Source: Ferrovibrio sp. (GTDB lineage: Bacteria; Pseudomonadota; Alphaproteobacteria; Ferrovibrionales; Ferrovibrionaceae). Taken from it: 64,000 bases of DNA. The stretch lies in NCBI RefSeq assembly GCF_017994015.1, contig NZ_JAGOLP010000013.1:15975-79974 (forward strand), read 5' to 3'. The notes beneath the pieces were generated by a model that saw only the letters and a list, made by a program, of their open reading frames with translations, did not search any database and was not told the origin of the DNA. Of this stretch, positions 9,562 through 17,919 are shown piece by piece (the first letter of the stretch is position 1; each line of letters opens with the position of its first letter). The translations under genes and the position numbers were made by a program.

Positions 9562-10428
9562 TCACATTGCGGAATAGCGCCGCGTGTAGCGGCCGAGCAG
9601 ATTGAACAGCGCGATGCAGAACAGCACTGCCACCATGAAGATCACTGAGATCGTGGCGGCAAACGGCCAGTTCTGCAAAGTGAGAGCCTGCTGGTAGATA
9701 TACATCGGCATGTAGAGCTGCTGTCCACCGCCGACCAGGCTCTGGGTGATGAAGGCGGTGACGGCGGCCGAGAAGGTCAGCACCGATCCGGCAATGATGC
9801 CGGGGAGGCTGAGCGGCAGTACGATGCGGAAAAAGCTGCGCCAGCGGCCGGCACCAAGTGCAGCAGAAGCGGATTCCAGATTTGGATCAAGTTTCTGTAG
9901 CGCGTCGATCAGGGGCAGCACCATCAACGGCAGCTGAACCTGGGCCAGTGCGATGACCAGACCGCCATGGCTGTAGAGCAGGCGCAACGGCGTCTCAGTC
10001 AGACCGAGTTCGAGCAGTAGCGTGTTGGCGATGCCCTGCCTGCCCAGAATGACAATCCAGGCGAAGGTACGCACGATGACGCTGGTGAGCAGCGGAAGAA
10101 CGGTGATCAGGATGATCACACCCTGCCAGCGCGGGCCGGCACTACGATGCAGCCAGGCCAGCGGAAAGCCGAGCAACAAGCAGAGCAGTGTCGTCTCCAC
10201 ACCGAGCCGCAGCGTATCAAACAGGACGCCAAGGCCGAAGCCGTCGGTCAGCGTTTTGGCATATTGGGTGAGACCCCAGGAGGTCATCTCCTTGTCTGCA
10301 TGCAGGCTGACAGCGAACAGCAGGAGCAGCGGGGCGATGAAAAACAGCAGATAGAACAGCATGAGCGGGAGGGCCAGGAAGCCCTCCCCTCGTTCAGAGG
10401 CACCGTTTGTCATACGCCCCGATGCCAT
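9562..10428 (-). CDS. ABC transporter permease (PotB-like)
   Basis: LESASAALGA EAA loop, PLLTSVIVRTFAW. Confidence 0.9.
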   Translation of the reverse strand: MASGRMTNGASERGEGFLALPLMLFYLLFFIAPLLLLFAVSLHADKEMTSWGLTQYAKTLTDGFGLGVLFDTLRLGVETTLLCLLLGFPLAWLHRSAGPRWQGVIILITVLPLLTSVIVRTFAWIVILGRQGIANTLLLELGLTETPLRLLYSHGGLVIALAQVQLPLMVLPLIDALQKLDPNLESASAALGAGRWRSFFRIVLPLSLPGIIAGSVLTFSAAVTAFITQSLVGGGQQLYMPMYIYQQALTLQNWPFAATISVIFMVAVLFCIALFNLLGRYTRRYSAM

Positions 10429-10430
10429 GA

Positions 10431-11477
10431 TCAGACCTTGATCTCGCGGTTGAAACGGTCGATCCAGGCGGAACGATTCTCGTTGATCTTCTTCCAATCC
10501 TGGAAAACGAAGGTTTTCTGCAATTCAGTCTGGTCCTTGGCCAAAACTTTGGAGATTTCGCCCTCCATCTTGACCTTCTTGTTGGTCGGCACGATCAGGT
10601 AGGGGCTCTTCATCAGCACCGCCTGAACCTCCGGGCTCATGGCGGCATCAATCAGTGCCGCCGCCAATTTGGCATTGGGTGAGTTTTTGACGATATGGAT
10701 GCTGGTCTTGAAGGCGATGGCTCCGGTCTCGGGCTTGACGAATTCGACCGGCACCCCGCGCGCGCGCAGCAGTTGGATGGCATTGAAATTGCCCGGACCG
10801 ATATCAATCTGGCCCTGCTGGAAGAGGGTCGCCAATGCCCCCGGATTGGCGGCCACAGCCGCTAAGTTCGGCTGCAACGCCTTTAGTGCCTCAAAAGCCG
10901 GCTCAATATTGGCCTCGCCGCCGCCCTTCATCTTGGCCAGTTCGACCATGAAGCCGGTGCCCAGTGTGGAATTGAGGTTTGTGATGCCCACACGGCCTTT
11001 ATATTCGGGCTTCCATAAGTCGTTCCAGGATTTCGGCGGTGTCTTGATCTTCTCCGGATTGTAGGTGATGCCGACCACCTGGAAGAAGATCGCCGGGCCG
11101 AGCGGATCCTGCGCCTCAGGCAGCAGATCAGCATAATTCTTGCTCTGCGCCGTGGGAAAAGGCTCGACCAGATCCTGGCCGATTGCAACCAGCGCCGGGC
11201 CGGGATCATGCAGCATCACATCAATCGGCGGGTTGCTGCGAGCGGCTGTGACCTTGGCGATCTGGTCGACAGAAAGCATCGGATCAAGCGCGATCTCGGC
11301 ATTGCCGTTGGTCTTGCGGAAATATGGCACCAGCACATCCCGGTGTGCTTCCTCCCAACTGCCGGTGAAGGTGGCGAAGACGAGCTTGCGCGCCTGCGCC
11401 ATGCCCATACCGGGAAAAAGCGAGACCGCAGCCGTACCCAGGGCGGTCAGCAGCGCCTCACGACGATTAAATTCCAT
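10431..11477 (-). CDS. ABC substrate-binding protein (PotD-like), probable Tat substrate
   Basis: MEFNRREALL twin-arginine signal; SWNDLWKPEYKG. Confidence 0.88.
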   Translation of the reverse strand: MEFNRREALLTALGTAAVSLFPGMGMAQARKLVFATFTGSWEEAHRDVLVPYFRKTNGNAEIALDPMLSVDQIAKVTAARSNPPIDVMLHDPGPALVAIGQDLVEPFPTAQSKNYADLLPEAQDPLGPAIFFQVVGITYNPEKIKTPPKSWNDLWKPEYKGRVGITNLNSTLGTGFMVELAKMKGGGEANIEPAFEALKALQPNLAAVAANPGALATLFQQGQIDIGPGNFNAIQLLRARGVPVEFVKPETGAIAFKTSIHIVKNSPNAKLAAALIDAAMSPEVQAVLMKSPYLIVPTNKKVKMEGEISKVLAKDQTELQKTFVFQDWKKINENRSAWIDRFNREIKV

Positions 11478-11502
11478 CACACAAGCCTCCTCGTTCGTTG
11501 TT

Positions 11503-12624
11503 TCACTGTTTCGGTGCGGGAAAAATTTGCACGGCTTCGAGCGACGCCGGGGCAACACGGACCGGCACACCGCTGGCCAGGGGTTGGGCACCAGCAGATC
11601 GGGCGGACGAGACCTTCAGCGTCCGTCCGGAGGCCATGACGATTTCATGTACGATCGTGGTACCCAGCGGCATGCCGAGTTCCACCTTGCCGGCCAATCC
11701 TTCGCTGCCCTCGACAAAAACGAGATTGTCGGGCCGCACCGACACCACAATGGCGCTTCCTGGCGCTATTTTTTCTGCCGGCCGCGGCAGGATCAGGCGA
11801 AAGCCATCATCAAGGCGGACGGCACAGGAGGTCGTATCACTGCTTTCCAGATGGCCCGACAGCAGATTCGAGGTCCCGACGAAAGTATTGACGAACAGCG
11901 TCTCCGGCTGGTCGTAGATCTGCGACGGCGTGCCGAACTGCTCCAGCCGGCCCTGCGACAGCACCGCAATGCGGTCCGACATACTGAGCGCTTCCTCCTG
12001 GTCATGGGTAACCATCACAGCGGTTATGCCGGACATCTTCTGGATGCGCTTGATCTCGATCTGCATATCGAGCCGCAGATTCTTGTCCAGCGCCGCGAAG
12101 GGTTCGTCGAGGAGCAGAATGCGCGGCTGCACTGCCAGCGCGCGTGCCAGCGCAATACGTTGCTGCTGACCGCCCGATAGCTGCCGCGGATAGCGGTCTG
12201 CAAAACGCTGCATCTGCACCAATGCCAACATCTCGTCGACGCGGGCGCGCTGCGCCGCCCTGTCGGTGCCGCGGGCGGCCAGGCCATAGGCAATGTTGTC
12301 GGCAACGGTGAGATGGGGAAACAGGGCGTAGTTCTGGAACACGATCCCGACGGACCGCCGGTTCGGGGGCAAATCATCGATCGGGGTGCCGCCGATGATC
12401 ACGCGGCCCATGGTCTGGTTGATGAAGCCGGCGACAATGCGTAACAGCGTGGTTTTGCCGCATCCTGAGGGGCCCAGCAGCGACACCAGCTCGCCGGCCC
12501 GGATATCCAGGGTCACGTCATCTACAGCCGTCGCACTACCGAAGCGATGCGTGATCGCATCCAGGGTCAACGACTGGCCTGCTTTTTGAATCGCAGGATC
12601 GGCATTAATGTCTTTAACCATCAT
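11503..12624 (-). CDS. ABC transporter ATP-binding protein (PotA-like)
   Basis: GPSGCGKT, LSGGQQQR, LLLDEPF, C-terminal TOBE-like region. Confidence 0.93.
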   Translation of the reverse strand: MMVKDINADPAIQKAGQSLTLDAITHRFGSATAVDDVTLDIRAGELVSLLGPSGCGKTTLLRIVAGFINQTMGRVIIGGTPIDDLPPNRRSVGIVFQNYALFPHLTVADNIAYGLAARGTDRAAQRARVDEMLALVQMQRFADRYPRQLSGGQQQRIALARALAVQPRILLLDEPFAALDKNLRLDMQIEIKRIQKMSGITAVMVTHDQEEALSMSDRIAVLSQGRLEQFGTPSQIYDQPETLFVNTFVGTSNLLSGHLESSDTTSCAVRLDDGFRLILPRPAEKIAPGSAIVVSVRPDNLVFVEGSEGLAGKVELGMPLGTTIVHEIVMASGRTLKVSSARSAGAQPLASGVPVRVAPASLEAVQIFPAPKQ

Positions 12625-12633
12625 GTCGGGCCA

Positions 12634-12665
12634 TTGTATCCAATGTTGCGACTTATTGTTTACAA
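12634..12665. promoter_or_regulatory. Tandem GntR/FadR-type operator boxes (TTGTATCCAA, TTGTTTACAA)
   Basis: Two imperfect palindromes with starts 22 bp apart; the same motif pair lies upstream of the GntR gene. Confidence 0.65.
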
Positions 12666-12670
12666 GTCAT

Positions 12671-12686
12671 AGCAAGATGCATACCA
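12671..12686 (-). promoter_or_regulatory. Sigma54 (-24/-12) promoter of the ABC operon
   Basis: Minus strand TGGTATGCATCTTGCT matches TGGYAYG-N4-TTGCW with exact GG-N10-GC spacing, about 50 bp upstream of the start. Confidence 0.75.
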
Positions 12687-12822
12687 TTCCCGGGATTGCG
12701 GAACAGGCGCTTGTTTTGCTTAAAAGAATCGGTCTTTCTTGCTTTTCATCGATTTCCGTCCCCTGAAAACGACGGTGTCTTTTTAGGCAGAAAGCTAGGC
12801 TCGCGATGCATTTTGCGGCAGA

Positions 12823-14208
12823 TTGGAGAAGCGATTGGATGCAATTTCCCTGTTAAATAATATCGCTGCCGGGCGGCAAAGCGCCGCCAGCGCCACAATC
12901 GAATGCTTGCGCCGCATTGCCGCTGGCGATCCGTTGCTGCATGCGTTTATCACGCTGTCAGGATCTGCAGGCCTGGAGGCTGAGCAACTGGATGCAGAAG
13001 GCTGGCGGGACCGCCCTTTTTTCGGCCTGCCGCTGGCGGTCAAGGACCTGATCGACACCGCCCGGCTGCGCACCACCTATGGCTCGCTGATCCATCACGA
13101 CCACACCCCTTTACAGGACGACATCGTTGTGGCGCGGGCTCGCGCCGCCGGCGCAGTTATCCTGGGTAAAACCAACACACCGGAATTCGGCTTCGGCGCA
13201 CTCTGTGCCAATGCACTCTGCCCCTCCACCGCCAACCCCCACGACCTGACGCTGAGTTCCGGCGGTTCGAGCGGTGGATCAGCCGCGGCTGTCGCCGCCG
13301 GTTTTGTTCCTGCTGCGCTTGGCACTGATTTTGGCGGATCGGTCCGCACCCCGGCGGCTTTCTGCGGCGTGGTAGGTTTCCGGCCCAGCGCCGGTCATCT
13401 CCCTTCGACGACGCGTCGGCTGGCCTGGGATGCGATGCCGACGGTGGGTTTTCTAACGCGCAGCGTTCGCGATGCGGCCCTTCTGTATGAAAATCTCGCC
13501 GGACCGGATGCGCTTGATCCAGCCTCGTTACGCTTGCCATCAGGCACAACGGCACCCATGCGACGCATTGCCTGCTCTAAAGATCTGGGTACAGCGCCCA
13601 TATCGCAGGCGATGGGTGAACGTTTCGATGCCGCTTGTGCGGCGATGCAACAGGCCGGCCGGCCGCTGATCCCAGCGCATCCCGATTGTACCGGCGCAAT
13701 GGCGAGTTTCGCGACGCTGCGCGCAGCCCATATCCACAGTAACCTGGCTCCGCTGCGCGAGCGCCACGGCGACCTGCTGTCACCGACCGTGCGCTGGAAT
13801 ATCGGCCGCGGCGACGGCCTGAGCGCCGCGGCCTATTTGCAGGCCGAAGCCGATCGGGCTGTTCTCTACCGGCGCTTCATCGCCTTCTTCGACACATTCG
13901 ATATCCTGATCACGCCCAGCACTGCCATATTGCCCTTTGCAGTTGATGCTGACGAAATCCGCGAGATTGATGGTCGCTCGCTCGACAGCGTGATCGACTA
14001 TCTGGCGATCACCGCCATTGTCACGCTGACCGGTTGCCCGGCCCTCTCGCTGCCCTACTGGCCGCCGGGCGAAACGCTGCCCATCGGCCTGCAACTGATC
14101 GCCGCTCCGGGTCGCGACCAAAGCCTTCTTACATTCGCCGCCGAAATCGAAAGCCACGCGGCATTCGGCTTCCGCCCCCCACCCCTTTTTATGGACAATT
14201 TCCAATGA
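12823..14208 (+). CDS. Amidase-signature enzyme (start uncertain, TTG)
   Basis: AVKD, GKTNTPEFG, SGGSSGG, GTDFGGSVRTPA. Confidence 0.88.
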   Translation: MEKRLDAISLLNNIAAGRQSAASATIECLRRIAAGDPLLHAFITLSGSAGLEAEQLDAEGWRDRPFFGLPLAVKDLIDTARLRTTYGSLIHHDHTPLQDDIVVARARAAGAVILGKTNTPEFGFGALCANALCPSTANPHDLTLSSGGSSGGSAAAVAAGFVPAALGTDFGGSVRTPAAFCGVVGFRPSAGHLPSTTRRLAWDAMPTVGFLTRSVRDAALLYENLAGPDALDPASLRLPSGTTAPMRRIACSKDLGTAPISQAMGERFDAACAAMQQAGRPLIPAHPDCTGAMASFATLRAAHIHSNLAPLRERHGDLLSPTVRWNIGRGDGLSAAAYLQAEADRAVLYRRFIAFFDTFDILITPSTAILPFAVDADEIREIDGRSLDSVIDYLAITAIVTLTGCPALSLPYWPPGETLPIGLQLIAAPGRDQSLLTFAAEIESHAAFGFRPPPLFMDNFQ

Positions 14209-14918
14209 TCCGTCTCGGCATGCTGACGCCATCCTCGAATACGGCGCTGGAACCGGCCACTGCGGCGTTGACAGCGCAGCTACCGAATCTTACGGCGCAT
14301 TTCTCGCGCTTTCCGGTCACCGAGATTGCCCTTTCCGACGCCGCACTGGGCCAGTTTGATACTGGGCCGATCCTGCAGGCAGCAGACCTGCTGGCGCATG
14401 CTCGCGTGGATGCCATCGCCTGGAATGGCACATCGGCGAGTTGGCTCGGCTTTGAGCGCGACGTTGCGCTGGCCGCTGAGATCCGGCGCCGCACTGGAAT
14501 CTCCGCCACCACAGCTATCCTGGCGCTGAATATGCTTTTGCAACGGCTGCAGGCCCGGCGCATCGCCATCGTGACCCCCTATACCGATGATGTGCAGACA
14601 AGAATCATCGACAATTACCGCAGCCAGGGCCTCGACTGTATCGCCGAACGTCATGCGGGCCTGCGAGACAATTTCTCGTTTTCGGCCTTGCCGGCAGAGA
14701 CACTGAAGGATTGGCTGCTCGCCGTCGCCGCCGACAAGCCGGATGCGATTGCAGTGATCTGCACGAATATGGATTCCACCCGTCTTGCGCCAATCATCGA
14801 AGCGCAAACCGGCATTCCCGTGCTTGATTCCATTGCCTGCACGTTGTGGGGCACGTTGGAATTGCTGCGGATCGACAAGACGCCACTGCGCAACAGCGGC
14901 AGGATGTTCAGCCTTTAG
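14205..14918 (+). CDS. Maleate isomerase / arylmalonate decarboxylase-like Asp/Glu racemase superfamily protein
   Basis: RLGMLTPSSNT, WNGTSAS, VTPY, ICTN; ATGA overlap with the amidase stop. Confidence 0.85.
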   Translation: MIRLGMLTPSSNTALEPATAALTAQLPNLTAHFSRFPVTEIALSDAALGQFDTGPILQAADLLAHARVDAIAWNGTSASWLGFERDVALAAEIRRRTGISATTAILALNMLLQRLQARRIAIVTPYTDDVQTRIIDNYRSQGLDCIAERHAGLRDNFSFSALPAETLKDWLLAVAADKPDAIAVICTNMDSTRLAPIIEAQTGIPVLDSIACTLWGTLELLRIDKTPLRNSGRMFSL

Positions 14919-15618
14919 CGGCGCTGCTCTTGCGTGGCCGGATACCCAGTGCCTCGGCCAGGTCGACACTACGTGCAACCGGTTCACTGAGATCCATCTC
15001 TGCCTCGACATGATCAAGATGCTTCAGCATCAGAGCGGCACCCTGCTTGCCCTCGCCGGCAATGATGGCGGCGACGATCTGGCTATGCTCATCGGGGGGG
15101 CAGGCTTCGTGTTCGCCCCTGGCATAAAGCAGGATCGCCAAGCAGGTCAGCGCCTGCAGTTCGGTGAGCAACCGGACCAGCACTTTATTCTGTGTCAGCT
15201 CGCCCAGCAGCAGATGGAATTCGCCGGTCAGCCGCACCAGCGTCGGCCGGTCGCCGGTCTTGCGGGCAGCATTCTCGGCCGCCAAATGGTCACGCAAGCG
15301 ACTGACATCCGGCGCATTCAGCCTGCCGGCGAGCTGCGTCACGATGGCAGGCTCGACCATACGGCGCACGGCCAGGAACTGGCGTGTTTCCGAACGGGTC
15401 GGCGCCGCCACAGTCGCACCGTGATTTCGCCGCTGGACCACGATCCCGTCCTGGGCCAGGCGGGCGAGCGCATGACGCACGATCGTGCGGCTGACACTGA
15501 ACAGCTCAGCGAGCCGCTCCTCGGTCAGCTTCTCACCGGGCGGCAGGCGCCGTTCGAAGATGGCTTGAAGGATACGGTGGCGGATCGTGGCGTCAGCTGC
15601 GGGATCGACGGTCGACAT
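14908..15618 (-). CDS. GntR-family (FCD domain) transcriptional regulator
   Basis: LPPGEKLTEERLAELFSVSRTIVR winged HTH; EFH..L and EHSQI FCD motifs. Confidence 0.92.
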   Translation of the reverse strand: MSTVDPAADATIRHRILQAIFERRLPPGEKLTEERLAELFSVSRTIVRHALARLAQDGIVVQRRNHGATVAAPTRSETRQFLAVRRMVEPAIVTQLAGRLNAPDVSRLRDHLAAENAARKTGDRPTLVRLTGEFHLLLGELTQNKVLVRLLTELQALTCLAILLYARGEHEACPPDEHSQIVAAIIAGEGKQGAALMLKHLDHVEAEMDLSEPVARSVDLAEALGIRPRKSSAAKG

Positions 15619-15650
15619 TTGTATGCAACATATAATGAAATTGGATGCAA
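15619..15650. promoter_or_regulatory. Tandem GntR operator boxes (TTGTATGCAA, TTGGATGCAA), probable autoregulation
   Basis: Immediately upstream of the gntR start codon; 22 bp spacing as at 12634/12656. Confidence 0.65.
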
Positions 15651-15789
15651 TATATCATCGCCACCAATGATTTTCCACAGCGGATCAGGGCCTTATATGA
15701 TCCGGCAGATAGCACTGGCCGGCCACACGGTTTCAACAGCATGCCTGGTGTGGCGAGCGACCTACCATTGATTATTTCGTCCATTTTAA

Positions 15790-16350
15790 ATTAAGTCCGA
15801 ACCTTATGGGGAACGGACCTATGAAGCGCAGTCGATTAACGGAAGAACAGATTATTGCGGTTTGTCAGCGGCAAGAGGCAGGCGCGAAGACGGCGGATAT
15901 CTGCCGCAAGCATGGGCTTTCGGAGGCAACGTTTCACGCCTGAAAGGCCAAGTATGGCGGAATGGACATATCCGATGCCCGCCGGCAGCAAACGCTGGAG
16001 GAGGAGAACGGCAAGCTGAAGCGGCTGCTTGCCGAGACCCGGGCCAATGCCCGCTGGCCGCTGGACTTCGTGCATGACCAGATGGCGAATGGGCTCAGCT
16101 TTCGCATTTTCAACGTGGTCGATGACGTGACGTGGGAATGCTTGGCATCAACACCTGGGTCGCCGACGACAATACCATCCGGCCACATAATGCGCTGGCT
16201 TACCGAACCCAGGCTGGCTTTGCAGCCGCACTGACCGCAACTCGGCCGCCTGCTCCGCGATGGATCGGCTCCGCAGACCACGCCGTTGCTCAACCCGCGT
16301 CAATCGGCGCAAACATTGTCCAGATTCCGGTCATATCCGGCAGCAGGCCA
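15790..16350 (+). mobile_element. Degenerate IS3-family (IS407-like) remnant
   Basis: OrfA from 15821 MKRSRLTEEQII...SEATFHA*KAKYGGM..EENGKLKRLLAE has an in-frame stop and is fused by deletion to OrfB fragments (RWPLDFVHD, FNVVDDVT.ECL, NTIRPHNALAYRT). Confidence 0.85.
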
Positions 16351-16557
16351 CACTTTGCTTGGCAGGCAAACATTAGCCAAGTCCACTCTGATCAAGAACG
16401 CATCTATAAATGCCAGCTTTAGCCACGAGCCGGGCCTTGCGATGGACGTTGTGTTCCAGGTGTCAGGGGCGTGTTAATTGGCCGGGCCGTTTAGGCTGAA
16501 ATGGACCCATGCCCAAGTCTTGCCTTGGCGAAAAAATGTTTATTTTTTTGAAAAAAA

Positions 16558-16634
<77 letters not shown>

Positions 16635-16660
16635 CTGGGATCGGAAACCGAACCGGGCGG

Positions 16661-16689
16661 ACCATAGCCGAGGCCCCGGCCCGGATCAA
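16661..16689 (-). promoter_or_regulatory. Putative sigma70 promoter of tRNA-Arg
   Basis: TTGATC-N17-TATGGT on the minus strand. Confidence 0.5.
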
Positions 16690-17621
16690 GCCGCCGGGCG
16701 CCGGGTCAGTTCCAGGAACAGGTCTTCCAGATCGGCTTCCTGGGTGGAGAGATCGCGGATCAGCAGCCCGGCTGCGGCGCAGCGCGCCATCACGGCATGA
16801 AACGGCATCTGGCTGGGGCGGTAATGCAGCCGCAGCCGCGCCGGTTCGAGCAATTCGGCGCCCAGATCGGCGAGGCCCGGCGGCGGGGCGGCGAGCGGCG
16901 CCTCCAGGGTGAGGATGACATCCTTGCGATCCAGCTGGCCGATCAGCGCCGGGGTGCGATCACAAGCCACCACCTGGCCATGATTGATGATGGCGATGCG
17001 GTCGCACAACGCCTCGGCTTCTTCCAGGTAATGCGTGGTCAGCACCACCGTGGTGCCGGCGGCATTGAGCCGCTTCACATAGGCCCAGAGCTGCTGGCGC
17101 AATTCGATATCCACACCGGCGGTGGGTTCATCCAGCACCAGCACCGGCGGCGCATGCATCAGCGCCTTGGCCACCAGCAGGCGGCGCCGCATGCCGCCCG
17201 AGAGGGTGCGGGCATAGGCATCGGCCTTATCGGTGAGGCCAACCGCCGCCAGGATGGCATCGGTCTGGCGTTCGGCCTTTGGCACACCATATAGCCCGGC
17301 CTGGAATTCCATCGCCTCGCGCGGGGTGAAAAACGGATCGAGATTCAGTTCCTGCGGCACCACGCCGATGGCGGCGCGGGCGCGGCGCGGATCGGTATCG
17401 ATATCATGGCCCCAGATCGCGGCGCGGCCGCCGCTTTTGCGCACCAGCCCGGCCAGGATGTTGATCAGGGTGGATTTGCCGGCGCCATTCGGCCCGAGCA
17501 GGCCGAAGAAACTGCCGCGCGGAATTTCCAGATCAATGCCCTGCAAGGCCAGTTTGGCGCGTGGGCCGCTGCCATAGGTCTTGGTGAGCCCTTGCAGGTG
17601 GATGGCGGGAAAGTCCGACAT
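16686..17621 (-). CDS. ABC-2 type exporter ATP-binding protein (YadG-like)
   Basis: GPNGAGKST, IGVVPQELN, LSGGMRRR, LDEPTAGVD. Confidence 0.9.
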   Translation of the reverse strand: MSDFPAIHLQGLTKTYGSGPRAKLALQGIDLEIPRGSFFGLLGPNGAGKSTLINILAGLVRKSGGRAAIWGHDIDTDPRRARAAIGVVPQELNLDPFFTPREAMEFQAGLYGVPKAERQTDAILAAVGLTDKADAYARTLSGGMRRRLLVAKALMHAPPVLVLDEPTAGVDIELRQQLWAYVKRLNAAGTTVVLTTHYLEEAEALCDRIAIINHGQVVACDRTPALIGQLDRKDVILTLEAPLAAPPPGLADLGAELLEPARLRLHYRPSQMPFHAVMARCAAAGLLIRDLSTQEADLEDLFLELTRRPAA

Positions 17622-17723
17622 AGGGTGAAAACCGGAACAAAATGGAGGCTGACCCTGGCATCTTGCCAAGGGTTGAGCTAGGTATCACCCCATAAGCCTG
17701 CGGTCAAATCACGGGGTTCCGCC

Positions 17724-17906
17724 ATGCAGCCGGTTGAAACCAAAGAAGTAGACAGCACCACCGTTGCCTGCGACGGCGATGGCGGCGCGCTGGGCCATCC
17801 GCGCGTCTATCTCAACATGGGTGAGAAAACCGCGGTGGACTGCCCCTATTGCGGCCGCCATTATGTGCTGAAGGCTGACGCTGCCGCGCACGCCCACGCG
17901 CATTAA
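17724..17906 (+). CDS. zf-CHCC zinc-finger protein (NDUFS6-like)
   Basis: VACDG..GALGHPRVYL..CPYCG. Confidence 0.88.
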   Translation: MQPVETKEVDSTTVACDGDGGALGHPRVYLNMGEKTAVDCPYCGRHYVLKADAAAHAHAH

Positions 17907-17919
17907 CCGGCCCAGCAGC

